Below are positions 45,101 to 53,055 of a stretch of 64,000 nucleotides of DNA, piece after piece. Position 1 is the stretch's first letter; each line of letters opens with the position of its first letter. The notes beneath the pieces were generated by a model. It saw only the letters and a program-made list of their open reading frames with translations. It was not told the origin of the DNA and searched no databases. The DNA is from an uncultured Planctomycetaceae bacterium (GTDB lineage Bacteria; Planctomycetota; Planctomycetia; Planctomycetales; Planctomycetaceae), in the NCBI GenBank assembly GCA_963815195.1, contig CAWFGE010000010.1:416001-480000 (forward strand), given 5' to 3'. The position numbers and the translations under genes were made by a program.

Positions 45101-48100
45101 AACCACGACCCGAATCGACAACGTTACTCAGGCCAAAACCAATCGCGACTTCGACGGTTACGAGGAAGATTACAAAAAAACATCGGGAAGCTTCACCGAG
45201 GACAAGACCCACGAAGAGAACCACTCGAAGACGAAACATCAAATCCAGTCCGACGGGAGCCTCGACGCCGGCGAGGACGTGCTCGATCCCGATATAAAAG
45301 CCGCGATCATCGAAAAACATGAAAAGGCCGGCTCGTCCGACACCGAGACCTGGGACGAAAAGAGCAGCCCCTCGTCCGGCGTGGGTGTGATGGAGAATTG
45401 GAAACACGTGCAAAACACGGACGGGACCGACAAAGGTTATATCTATTGGTCCAAAGGGTCAGGCGATTTCTACCGCGAGTATTATGACAAGACGGGCGTT
45501 TCGGAAACGATCGACAACTATAAGTACGAGCGGAAAGTCTTTACCGCGACCGAAACTTCCACTGAGACGATCCACGACGATTCGACCAGTTCGTCCGGAT
45601 CCAGCGAAAGCAAAATCGTCACCCCCACCGGCGATCCGAATTCGCCGATCGACACGCAAGAGTGGACCAAGACTTTCAACACTCGCGAGGACACCTACCA
45701 TCACGCCAACAACGGGACCAGGACCAATACCTACCAGGGAGAAATGACCCCCTACGAGGGAACCATCTCTTATGATGACACTACGAAGTCGGATTGGGAC
45801 TGGACCTACGACCGGCATGAGAAATACGACGGGTCTGAATCCCAGCAACGTCCCGCCGGCAGCGACACGGCGACCGCCAAGGTGGATTCGACGTGGGATT
45901 TGACGGTCGATTACCACGGAACCTGGGACGACACGGAGAACATCAACTCGACCAGCGCCACCGACAACTCGACGATGAGCATTACGAACACATCGCATGA
46001 GGAGGCCACGATTCATGGCGTGGCCAACGTCACCTACTCCGCCCAATACGACATCTCCGGCCTCAACGACGATCAGAATCCGCCGGTCGTCACGCCCGTG
46101 GGCGATCCCCAGCCCGTCGCCACCTGGTCCTGGGTCGAGGACTGGACCGGCAAGGCAAATTCCACGGGCAGTGCCACGATCGAACACTACATGCAAGACT
46201 ACACATGGGACGAAGCGACCCAGACTTACACCACGACCTGGGAATCAAAAGACTTCGGCGGCTCTTGGAGCGACAACGAGTCTTACCACTTCTCCGCCAG
46301 CGATTCCGACCCCAACGGCACGGAGAACTCCCCGCCGGGGACCTATAGCTCCAACATGGACAACGCCGACTTCCTCTCAAGCTACATGTATATTTACATG
46401 GACCATTTTTATACGCGGTCGCCCGACGTGGGTAATGGTCGCTCGGCCGATTACACCGACTTCAAGAGCGATGTGGACATGGCCGCGTATGAGCCGACGA
46501 TGGACAGCTACTCGTTCACGCTGTTCGCGTCGCTCGATCCGAGTTGGATCGACCAACTGGCCATCAGCCTGTACGACGCGTTTCAGGAGAACTTCCCCGA
46601 GCTATCCAATCTCATCTCCAGCACCTGGGAATATGCCTCATTCTTCGCCAGCGACCTGTTCCGGCAGTTCGACGACGGCACGATGGCCGACCGGGCCTTC
46701 GGGCTGATCGATGGCTTCTTGGACGGCATCAATCCCTTCAATCAATGGATCAGCGTCCCTGACATCGGACCGGTGTTCGGGCACGTCGAGGATTATGCCT
46801 TCTCGAAAACCGTGGGCACGTTTGCCGGCGTCGCCACGGGCATCGCCATCTCGATGATGGGGCCCGGGCTGGTCTCCTGCGGCACGTTCGCCCACAAGGC
46901 GATGGTGGCCTGGGAAGTGGCCGACGCCGTGGGCGGCATCGGCGGAGCCGTCCAAAACATCTACAACAACGGCGGCCAGGTCGGCGTCATGGACGCCCTA
47001 GCCATCGCGGGCGGCGTTGTCTCCATCGGCGGTCTCAAGGGCCTGATGAATAAGTGCTTCGTCGGCGACACGGCAGTCGTTTATGACCAAGAGGACATCT
47101 TCACGGCTGTCGCGGCGCCCGAGCGCCAGGCCGCCGACGCTCCATGGAACCTGAACTCGCTCATCCTTGGCGGCGGTTTACTGATGGGAATGGGGGCCGG
47201 TTGGTTCCTCGCGACCCGCAGGCGACTGGCTGCCCACGAGGAACCGCTTCGTCGCAAGAAAAAGACCGTCTTGGAGTTGTTCGGCGACCCGCAATTCCTC
47301 GATCGGCTCTGGCTGCCGCCGGGCGTCAAGCGGCCCTTGCCGGCCTTCGCCTTGCCCGGCGCTGCGAACTGTCATAGATTGATGGATGATTGGCCTTCAC
47401 CTGCAATGAACGCAGTCCCGCCACTTCCCAAGGAGCCGCCCGTGCCGGATGTTGCTGGCCCGAACTCCGATGTTGCTGGCCGGAAAGAACCTGCTCCTCG
47501 GAAGGAATCCGTTTTGAGTTCGCGCCGCTTCGGTTGGCTGATGATGCTGATCTGCCTCTTGGGCAGTGGGCTGTGCTTCTGGCAGGCGTTGCCAGGCGTG
47601 TTCTTGTCCGCTTCCCCTGCTGCAGTTCAGGCCGGCCCTCCGCCGGAACGCCAGACGAAGCTCTTGACCCGCAAAATCCGCGACATCCGCCCGGGCATGC
47701 GCGTCCTGGCCGACAATCCCGAACTCGCCGACGAGGTTGTGGAGCCGCTGGACATCGATCCCGCCCAATGGCGACTTGTGACGCTGGAGACGGCCAAAGC
47801 GGATGGCAATGTTCTCACGGTCGAACTGCTCAGGCCTCATGGGGAATTGCTGCTGGCGATTGTGGCGGCGGAGCGCTTGGAGGATCGAAAATCGTCACTT
47901 CCCGATGTGATCGATTTGGCATGCAGCGTCCGACCGACGATCAAGACGCCGGTGCGACTCTGTCAGGGCGCGGCTTTGCTGCCGGCGATTTTCCAAGAGA
48001 TGGCCGCCGCCAAAGCTCGTTTGGATCGCGGTGAGCCGATTTTCGCCGCCGTTTCCGAAGATCACAACTTGATCCGCCGAACCTTGCACCTCAACCTGCC

Positions 48101-48833
48101 GGAAATGGGCGCGGTCGGGCCGGCAAGAATCACCGCAGTGGCTCCCTGCCCGCCGATCGAGGAGGGCAAGGGCCGAATCGTTACGGGCCGGTTTATCCAT
48201 CAGGCCGCAAACGTCATCGACCTCAAAATTAGCGGCCTCGACGATCCCATCGGCACGACCGACACACACCCCTTCTGGAGCGAAGACCGCCATGCCTTCG
48301 TTCCCGCGGGCGAACTCCGCATTGGCGAAGAGCTCCGCAGCCTCTCCGGCGAGAAAACCTACGTCCTCGCCAAAACCCCCCGCGGGCCGCCGGAAGACGT
48401 GTTCAACCTCGAAGTGGAAGGCGAGCACGTTTATTACGTCGCAGAGAGTGGAGTTATCGTACACAACATGTGTGCGGATAAGGCAGGAAAAGGTGTAAAA
48501 TCCTGGATCATGCAAGGTGCCGAAAGTGACAAATACTACAACGAATTATCGCGAGCTGAAAAGTTACTATATATGCGAGGGCAAAAAACATTTAGCGGTG
48601 GTTTTTGGAAGAAAAACAAGGACGTATTAGAAGCCTTCACAGCCGGCAAGACTGGTCGTGAACTTGTCCAGGGAATTGTTGAACGAGGAAAATGGTTGAA
48701 AAAATTTCATCCAATTAGAAGTTCCAGTCTAAATATAATTGACTTCTTTCGAGGAATCGGAACCACAATTAGTTCAGGCCCCGATCCGGCTAGTCGCAAG
48801 ATCCTAATGTGGCTATTCCGTATTAAAGAATAG
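36153..48833 (+). CDS. Giant (4226 aa) extracellular polymorphic toxin: Ig/cadherin-like repeats, Ser/Thr/Asp-rich stalk, Hint domain, C-terminal toxin
   Basis: AAGGAG RBS; Arg-rich leader and EALEERILLS; PVAxDD...VLANDSDPEG repeats; Hint from CFVGDT (47055) to VFNLEVEGEHVYYVAESGVIVHN (48467); 121-aa low-GC tip. Confidence 0.93.
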   Translation: MLLVNWLFLIRLRLGLIGRKRRRVHSPSRRNQNRTRPGEPSGLNCPEALEERILLSAPSAADDYYFVQDATAWSVSASGVLGNDSDPDSDPLTAQQVSGPANGTLTLNPDGSFTYTPDTGFQGTDSFSYQAFDGVETSSAALVTLDVGDVAGDSFGSERLVSVADGQSVELGGLIGDGSYGDADVDMFQVTLNAGDSLTVNIDAAQLDDGSALSGLDSYLRIFDEYGSEVASNGDGTDPQTGLPSSDSVLTFTASSPGTYTIGVSGAGDEYYDPYSPGMGSSGSTGQYQLHLSLAANTPPAFDSSSYSFTVPADAQYGDVVGTVSATDSEGDMFSYYSNSSFPFEVDSSTGEIRYADSSMLTVGNQYNFTVNADDMYGSGSATVMIDVTAPNNTPPAFDSSSYSFTVTSDATYGTSVGTVTAADPDGDSFSYSSNSSFPFEVDSSTGEIRYADSSMLTVGNQYNFTVNANDMYGSGSATVTIDVVAPNQPPVANADTSTTPYATAVTVDVLANDSDPEGEALTLVSVSTPAHGQAVLSNGQVVYTPNSSFAGDEAFTYVVADPEGNSSTGNVTVTVTNNPPVAVDDQVTTDSQTAVTVDVLGNDSDPEGSALSVASVAQPAHGSVALVNGDVVYTPDGVFLGDETFDYTVQDAAGATATATVTVTVAPLELTAVDDTVNVAQDGAGVIGVTDNDLIPQGSTLTVTIGSAATNGSAAVNGLSIEYAPTAGYVGLDSFTYTLTDQDGNTSTATVNVTVFANEPPVAADDDLEIEAGSGKVLDVLANDSDPEGGPLTIVEASATWLGTVTIAPGQDGEPDQLVYDSPADTYGIETVTYTIADEWGRTATATATVWISPRPAPDIADLGLVNDTGDVGDRVSTDVRVTGTVETSIDVAGLAVDVDYNGDQAADAVAEVDSYDLTFTYDFASVLTYGDATVYLRAVELDADGQVVTTGDWQEFQFTYVEQDDPDPTNDADPNSAVLTSVTVDQATADLVQLSGTVDNVNGGTAAAVEFDVDGDGTPDAEAATTNDAFTQQFTTEVGYGDEVVVRVRTRDVDDGTGDMLYGAWQPVGFSRDYPVNDPPLITQLGLANDTDTPDDNITSDATVIGTISHADGSLEGNTIEYDLNGDDIYDGTVITDASGQFTIDLNSAGLDDGAVSLRVRSREWDSARKEQLHSDWSTLDFQYTGAAARLPSLSGLALANDTGTAGDGVTSDPTIAGTFVSGTAALSQTGVEIDLNGDGVPDDRFLTVDPGTGSFTVDLSDYLSTSGPVTVDLRASGWDDAAQEALQGDWVEFTFTYEAPPPATAQVTDLALVNDTGTVGDGITSDPRISGKVTHPSESVSGASVQYDLDGDGAYDGETTADGRGRFSIDLTDASLALGSVTVAVRAGVWSAAELGDVWGDWASFTFTLEAAATPTRPEVTQLQLLDDDDGDGTVSRATISGTVTDGDSAVQLLPVEFDVDGDGTAEGRIYTDTTGSGNFLVDLTPFLQGDGARTVYFRAAESDTDDSTFGDWASFSFTFQAASDTSQDDLVDDNPVPFTSTDLSHVQYETGDLGIGLTVENTDSTTAGTFASGYVQVGSVVGTSDLLAAIADADISEDTPTNTSDSTTDANGNTTDVAQTGTWQRTVTTITDQATGEWYRYENVVQTYDTVTDYTAADGSGYDFHQWGTYGYTLTAYGYNGNAVYTLVEYRTDNYENQQWTAADPNTLFVITGSQSDDVESGGYVKVNDDGLAAPGSTTSWSSQVDTVDPTIGTYSYAASAYGRLEYTDSTGSGSVDTNGEYSDSWSQTYSSEADTPAGSGTTLTEVFSYHSVHDDPYDITNQVNVNETTNLGGVSRTTVIDETTTLTGAKTDTFDSSGTRTTYADGTYESAITQTSTREMHDTYNYNGTRTYTVADNSDPNATVNEYSNSTGTATRQRDVVQVYGATTTRLVDGTQTVAGTVDGNTSSSYSESGGQDLNSDGTSDDGTTVMSFSTTGTTHTSANGTYLMVTTGTFGTAGKDITNTYDTTEAGSSDWNYTAQGNRDSSQDDGAGNTSLSGGTSSSTNDGNTSYSNTMHVDEHVTDAGVTSTGTMNHTGNGNGSSSYDDTEYNTTTTATGTTGNSSSSYNDSSNYGNGSGTWTSTSTGTGTITNGQADYTQTDTRDENGSFASGNSNTFTSHSESDDGYRTETNDSSGGSKYDETGTYSSSTTDTTHSAPAGDSSSSSSTYSKQADTTWSSNSKTSNTIHEDYSSEDYPGSGTYESWHDESHSGSSTDSGSGNYSLSESANSSTAADGTSTSSTDSSYNSSGSGTTTTSGSDTITDHSHSDDNNGVTSTSDRTSSITRSGTTTYQNTANGTSNETDGASSSTDSTSSVSDTTSTVHTQSDTVQDSDDTNASDKATSDSHSESHATDDTTTTSHEETGSVNQQFADGTSASQTTDSGSSDSTGTFTTSTSADSTRDDLGVMLGITSHVAKSSSSNSTGDSTSHSDWDDEQDTYADGTWSTSSSSSGNSTVNTTGDSSATDDANRTDASTSTTKTSTTHAHTATTNAKRSVTSNWSSDSTNGSAGGTTVSWSTEDVTDSGDVESDSNSKVRAEKDADNFSQTYNEESKNGSYNLTGSSRDDRFADGTTSSTSTLTRTETGTSTRKEENTGKSKQVSHPQPGLTQTLTSDQDDTSNWTDITYTDTYSLNTDDPVDAPLTSTEITSHTESGKQSWNSTDNGGSSLTGTVNNPDDPDDESNGTVFNSSSSSTTTEVGSGDYSDSDTTTVKVDNGVETTTGSGSDSLDGNSTLTTTGNSSGSITQNRKIGDTTVNFNQTSSSNSKGTVLTKIDDSSSFETDGKGGTKSTTKSSPTTSGFSTSSSTKTTTVTMTKSGYNFTKTEQDIDKSTGSFDANLSHTIDTDFDGTTTHSGGGSSTTKSWSLSKNTVNSTTFEKKTALYSTWKGYYNQVVTYNQLDQTTTKSDGNASLTYQTDGTETWGGTQTDQKDIIHDKKKTTTRIDNVTQAKTNRDFDGYEEDYKKTSGSFTEDKTHEENHSKTKHQIQSDGSLDAGEDVLDPDIKAAIIEKHEKAGSSDTETWDEKSSPSSGVGVMENWKHVQNTDGTDKGYIYWSKGSGDFYREYYDKTGVSETIDNYKYERKVFTATETSTETIHDDSTSSSGSSESKIVTPTGDPNSPIDTQEWTKTFNTREDTYHHANNGTRTNTYQGEMTPYEGTISYDDTTKSDWDWTYDRHEKYDGSESQQRPAGSDTATAKVDSTWDLTVDYHGTWDDTENINSTSATDNSTMSITNTSHEEATIHGVANVTYSAQYDISGLNDDQNPPVVTPVGDPQPVATWSWVEDWTGKANSTGSATIEHYMQDYTWDEATQTYTTTWESKDFGGSWSDNESYHFSASDSDPNGTENSPPGTYSSNMDNADFLSSYMYIYMDHFYTRSPDVGNGRSADYTDFKSDVDMAAYEPTMDSYSFTLFASLDPSWIDQLAISLYDAFQENFPELSNLISSTWEYASFFASDLFRQFDDGTMADRAFGLIDGFLDGINPFNQWISVPDIGPVFGHVEDYAFSKTVGTFAGVATGIAISMMGPGLVSCGTFAHKAMVAWEVADAVGGIGGAVQNIYNNGGQVGVMDALAIAGGVVSIGGLKGLMNKCFVGDTAVVYDQEDIFTAVAAPERQAADAPWNLNSLILGGGLLMGMGAGWFLATRRRLAAHEEPLRRKKKTVLELFGDPQFLDRLWLPPGVKRPLPAFALPGAANCHRLMDDWPSPAMNAVPPLPKEPPVPDVAGPNSDVAGRKEPAPRKESVLSSRRFGWLMMLICLLGSGLCFWQALPGVFLSASPAAVQAGPPPERQTKLLTRKIRDIRPGMRVLADNPELADEVVEPLDIDPAQWRLVTLETAKADGNVLTVELLRPHGELLLAIVAAERLEDRKSSLPDVIDLACSVRPTIKTPVRLCQGAALLPAIFQEMAAAKARLDRGEPIFAAVSEDHNLIRRTLHLNLPEMGAVGPARITAVAPCPPIEEGKGRIVTGRFIHQAANVIDLKISGLDDPIGTTDTHPFWSEDRHAFVPAGELRIGEELRSLSGEKTYVLAKTPRGPPEDVFNLEVEGEHVYYVAESGVIVHNMCADKAGKGVKSWIMQGAESDKYYNELSRAEKLLYMRGQKTFSGGFWKKNKDVLEAFTAGKTGRELVQGIVERGKWLKKFHPIRSSSLNIIDFFRGIGTTISSGPDPASRKILMWLFRIKE

Positions 48834-48877
48834 AAAACTGATTATTTTCCCTACTTGAATAGTAGCAGGCAAATGAG

Positions 48878-49072
48878 ATGACGCTCTTTGAACTGACCGG
48901 TGTGATAGGAATCGTGATCGGAGTGATTGCCTGCTTGGTCGTTTCGATCTTTGCGGGATGGGGAATTCTCTATGGTTTAGCTGCCATCATCGTGGGAGTC
49001 ATCGGGGGATGGGTTATCGGAGTCGGTGTTGGACATATCGTGTTCTACCTGACTGAGACTAACGACGATTAA
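48878..49072 (+). CDS. Putative membrane immunity protein (2 TM)
   Basis: 64-aa, almost entirely hydrophobic, directly after the toxin. Confidence 0.7.
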   Translation: MTLFELTGVIGIVIGVIACLVVSIFAGWGILYGLAAIIVGVIGGWVIGVGVGHIVFYLTETNDD

Positions 49073-49088
49073 TCAAATAGCCGTAAGG

Positions 49089-49667
49089 TGTTTTGGTTCA
49101 GCGGGAAACGGAATTTGGACGGGTTGGTGTTAGTGAATTGAAGATGACCTCCTGTCGCAGATTTCACGGCATCCTGCCGCGAAGGTTTTGCGCTTTCGGG
49201 CCAATCCCGAAGGGGTGACCCAAGGGACGGGATCGAATCCTCGGATTCGATCCCGTCTTCGGTCTTGGCTCCTGGGACGGCGCTCCGGTTGCTCCTCAGC
49301 AGAGCCGTATCCTCCGCCCAGGTTGTCTTCGATTGTGCCAAGCCGCTTCTCATCGGGCAACCTCCTGGCGCTTTGATTGTCGAGCCGCTTGGCGGCGCTG
49401 GCGGGCTTCTTCCAATTTGCGGTTACGTTCGGCAAAGATTTCTTTTTCGATCCCGGCGAGTTTGTCGCTGGGTGTGACATACCCGATGGCCGAGTGCAAG
49501 CGGACGTTGTTGTAATGCTCGACGTAATTTTGGATTCGCCTTTGAGCTTCCTCCAAGCTGGCGGGACAGGTGACCCGAATGCACTCCGACTTGAGGCTGC
49601 CGTGCCAGCGTTCGATCTTGCCGTTCGATTGCGGGTAATAAGGACTCGTCCGCACATGGGTTGCTCC
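49089..49667 (-). mobile_element. IS3-family remnant: 3' transposase part and right end
   Basis: THVRTSPYYPQSNGKIERWH...YNNVRLHSAIGYVTP; candidate end ...gctgaaccaaaaCA at 49089. Confidence 0.8.
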
Positions 49668-50870
49668 TGTCGGAGAACCCGAAGGTTTACGCAGTTACGG
49701 AACCCGAACTGTTACGCACCGATTTCCCCCAAGCGCGGTGGCTTTGGGGGCTTGAAAATCCCCCGCGCGCGGGGGATTTTCAAATTTTCTGACCGGGCCG
49801 GGGGCTTCGCCTATTCGCCCGGTCTGGATGCTCCCTCGGACCTTGCCGAGTCGGAAGCGGGCCGAGTCGAGTCCCGAACCGGTTCCTTGGCCGAAGTCAG
49901 CGACGTGATCGACCGTTCGCCAAGTTGAGCATCTAACTCTTTCAATCGGTAGCTGCGGCCTTGGATGTTGAGCACGGTTGCGTTGTGAAGCAAACGATCC
50001 AAAATCGCGCCCGCAAGAACCTCATCATCCGCCAGCACGCTGGGCCAACTGGCAATCCCTTTGTTCGTCGTGATCGCAATCGAAGAGCCCTTCGCGTAAC
50101 GATAGTTCACAACGCGGAACAACAGATTCGCACTTTCGCGATCCAATTGCTCATAACCAAACTCGTCGAGGACCACCAAGTTGGAGGACATGTACTTGCG
50201 GTGCTTCAAACGGGCCGGGCTCAATTCCGCGTCCTTGCGCAGCTGATGAAGCAGTTCCTCCACGAGATAAAAACTCACCGAGAAACCCGTCTCGATCGCA
50301 CGGGTCGCCAGCGCGACAACCAGATGCGTTTTTCCCACACCCGGCGGTCCTTGCAGCAACAATGCCCCGCCATCCCGAATCCACTGGCCGGTCCCCAGCG
50401 TTTCGATTTGACTCCGCGAAACCGACGGTTGGAAGGCGAAGTCGAAGTTCGCAATCGTGGGTCCCGTGGGCAAGTGGGAAATGCGAAGCGCTTGAGTCAC
50501 GCGTCGCTCTTCTTGACGTTCCAGCTCCAATCGCAACAACGCATCCAGAAACGCGCCATAACTCTGCTGACTCTTCACAGCCGCCGCGATCAGGTCGGGA
50601 ATCGCTTCGGCCGCGAAGGTCAATCGCATCGCCTCCAGGCGTTCGCTCAGGGCCTCCACATCTTCCGTCGGTTTCGGGCAGGGCAAAATCCCCGCCGCAT
50701 GCAGGCGTCGTGTTTGGGCAATTCTCATTGGGCCACCTCCGCCAGTTGCGCGTAAATCTCAATCGAGCGCAGCTGAACCGGCAGCGATGCGATCTCGTTC
50801 AACTTGCGGGCCATCTGCCCCAAAGGTCGCGGGGCTACAACGTCATCGGTCTCATCCCCCTCGTAGCACG
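49668..50870 (-). mobile_element. IS21-family remnant (istA tail, istB, right end) nested in the IS3 element
   Basis: End TGTCGGAGAACCCGAA with internal direct repeats gaacccgaa...ttacgca; istB; left end and most of istA missing. Confidence 0.8.
49811..50728 (-). CDS. istB: IS21 helper ATPase IstB
   Basis: FDFAFQP, GPPGVGKTHL, VVLDEFGY, ITTNK, AILDRLLH, GRSYRL. Confidence 0.95.
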   Translation of the reverse strand: MRIAQTRRLHAAGILPCPKPTEDVEALSERLEAMRLTFAAEAIPDLIAAAVKSQQSYGAFLDALLRLELERQEERRVTQALRISHLPTGPTIANFDFAFQPSVSRSQIETLGTGQWIRDGGALLLQGPPGVGKTHLVVALATRAIETGFSVSFYLVEELLHQLRKDAELSPARLKHRKYMSSNLVVLDEFGYEQLDRESANLLFRVVNYRYAKGSSIAITTNKGIASWPSVLADDEVLAGAILDRLLHNATVLNIQGRSYRLKELDAQLGERSITSLTSAKEPVRDSTRPASDSARSEGASRPGE

Positions 50871-51345
50871 GTCATCGACTCCCGCAACTCCCAGTGCAGG
50901 ATCGCCCGACGGCAGCCATCCAAGACGCTGGTCAGGTAATAAAACGTGCCTTCGATGTTGATGTAAGACACATCAATGTGCCAGTGTTCGTGGGGTTTTA
51001 AAGGCTGCACGAACCCCGTGCCTTTCTTGGAGGGCGAGAACTTGCCCTGGTCCAGACGCCGATTCGCTTTGAGTACGCGATAGACCGTGGCCGGGCTACA
51101 GGCGGCCACGTCCTCATCGAGCATCATGAACGTCAATCGGCGATAACCTTCCAAGGGATGCAGGTCATGATAGTCCAAAATCGCGGTCTTCTCCCAGTCC
51201 TCCAACCAGTGGTCTCTGGGGATCTGGCCATTGTGCTCGTTGGCCTTTCCATAGCGATTCTTCCACGAGTGAAACTTGCTCGTTCCCAGTTCCAACCAAG
51301 CCAAAAGTTTTGCCTCCTCACCAGAATCTGTGGGTGAACTCTGGT
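50871..51345 (-). pseudogene. IS3-family transposase, N-terminal/central fragment
   Basis: RYGKANEHNGQIPRDHWLE, EGYRRLTFMMLD, HWHIDVSYINI..TFYYL..VLDG. Confidence 0.85.
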
Positions 51346-51356
51346 TCGGGGAGCTT

Positions 51357-51518
51357 GGCGAACACGCTGCTGCAAAAGCCAATGACCGCGCCGGTGGGGA
51401 AGCTCACGTTGATGCCGAGCTTGCTGTAATCGCCCACGAGCATACCCACGAACATTTCGCCGGTTTCGACGGGTTGGCCGTTGATGGGCACGCGCACGGT
51501 GCCGTAGGTGTTTTTGAG
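51357..51518 (-). repeat. Second glmU-like internal fragment, direct repeat of 2725..2886
   Basis: 162 bp with 6 mismatches by manual alignment. Confidence 0.92.
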
Positions 51519-51531
51519 ATGACTCGTCCAG

Positions 51532-53055
51532 CTAACCGCCATATTGCTGGTCGGCATAGAACGCTTTCACGGCCACGAGCAGCGCGTAGTTGGTGGCGTG
51601 CAGGGCATCGTCGGGCTGAGTTTCGGGATGGCTGTAGCGGATGGTGCGGTTCTCGTCGTCATATTCGGCAACTTCTGCAGCGAACTCATCCAGGTAACTG
51701 CCCGAGTCCTCCCAGCGGGGAAAAAGGATCTGTTGCTTTTTGACCCGCGAGAGCACGACGCCGAGGCTCGCAGAGCGGTTGACGGTCCATTTGGTTAAGA
51801 TCCCGTCGGCGCGGGGCGGATGATCGGCTGCGGAATACAAGATCGCATAAAGCCCACCGGGACTCGTGAGCCGGTCCAGCAGCAAACGGTTATAGACATG
51901 GCCATTCCCGCCGCCGTCAGCGGCAATCAGGGGGACGCGGAATTGGGCACACCGCTGGGCGACAGCGCTTAAGATGTGGTTGGGATCTTCCGTTGCGGCA
52001 AATCGCTCGAAACGGCAGATTTGGAAGTGAAAGTCCGAACGCATGTAGCCGAGAACGAGGACCGTCCGCGACGTGCCACCGCCGCCCCAATCGATGCCGG
52101 CCACGAGATTCCGCCGGCCCAAGTGAGGAATCTCCTCAAGTGACTGAGCCATCGGAATCTCGCGGCAGCAAGCCTCGAGTTCCGCGCGGGTAACGACGTG
52201 ATCGCCGGTGGTTGTGGATAGCCCTAAGACTTCGTTTTTGAACTTCGCGAGATCGTAACTCCGCTGCCGCTCCAGGATCTCGTCATAGTTGAGCCAAGGC
52301 ACCATCGGGTGGCAAATCCAGTAGCCGTCCCCCCAACTCGCCTGGGGATTACGGGAAACCCAGCGGCCGGATGAGGGGTCGAGCGGCGCGGCGCAGTCGG
52401 GGCAGCGAAGGCCGTCGGGTCCCAGGCTGTGTTCATCGAGTATGACGCCCCTTTGGCAGACGGGGCAATCCAGCGTCCACTCGTGGGCCATCGACTGGCG
52501 AAACATCGATTCTAAGTGGTTGTCGACGGACTTGGGCGTGCCCGTCAGGATCGTTCGGCCGTTTTCGGCGTGGCTCAAGGTCTCCTGCAGAACGGGCAAA
52601 TCGCCCTCCGCCACGTCTTGGAACTCGTCCACCAGCAGCAAATGGGCGCTGAGTCCCCGGCAGGAATCGCCCGAGTGGTAGGCGGTGCGCAGGTGGACCG
52701 CGGAGCCGTTGGCAAACTGCATATTCATAACCTGCGGCTGCCGGCCTCGGCGACCCAGAAGCTGGCGGCGGATCAGGGGACTCTGATTCAAGGACGGCAA
52801 CAAGCGGATTTTACTGAAGACATGGGCCTGTTCGATCCGCGGGCACACAAACAGAATCTGCACGCCGGGATTTGTGCAGGCTTCGTAGAGGATCGTGTTC
52901 ACGAGAAAGGTGCTTTTTTCCGTCTGGCGGCTGCACCTGAGAACGAGGTTCCGCCCCGCCCTGGCATAGATGGCGGGCAAATACGGCCGGCCCTCAAAGG
53001 AAATCAGCGAGCGGTTCAAAAACACGAACCGCTCGCAAAACGTAAGCTTACTCAT
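51532..53055 (-). CDS. Terminase large subunit-like protein (GpA-like ATPase plus RNase-H-like nuclease)
   Basis: LRCSRQTEKST (Walker A), RGLSAHLLLVDEFQD (Walker B), LTGTPK, CPVC/CPDC, NEVLGL, AGIDWGGG, PDDALHA. Confidence 0.82.
   Translation of the reverse strand: MSKLTFCERFVFLNRSLISFEGRPYLPAIYARAGRNLVLRCSRQTEKSTFLVNTILYEACTNPGVQILFVCPRIEQAHVFSKIRLLPSLNQSPLIRRQLLGRRGRQPQVMNMQFANGSAVHLRTAYHSGDSCRGLSAHLLLVDEFQDVAEGDLPVLQETLSHAENGRTILTGTPKSVDNHLESMFRQSMAHEWTLDCPVCQRGVILDEHSLGPDGLRCPDCAAPLDPSSGRWVSRNPQASWGDGYWICHPMVPWLNYDEILERQRSYDLAKFKNEVLGLSTTTGDHVVTRAELEACCREIPMAQSLEEIPHLGRRNLVAGIDWGGGGTSRTVLVLGYMRSDFHFQICRFERFAATEDPNHILSAVAQRCAQFRVPLIAADGGGNGHVYNRLLLDRLTSPGGLYAILYSAADHPPRADGILTKWTVNRSASLGVVLSRVKKQQILFPRWEDSGSYLDEFAAEVAEYDDENRTIRYSHPETQPDDALHATNYALLVAVKAFYADQQYGG

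Noticed and set aside
36393..46955. Long antisense ORFs (e.g. 36393..38198, 38349..39845, 42954..44240)
   Set aside because: Shadow frames of the GC-rich, low-complexity giant gene; no recognisable motifs
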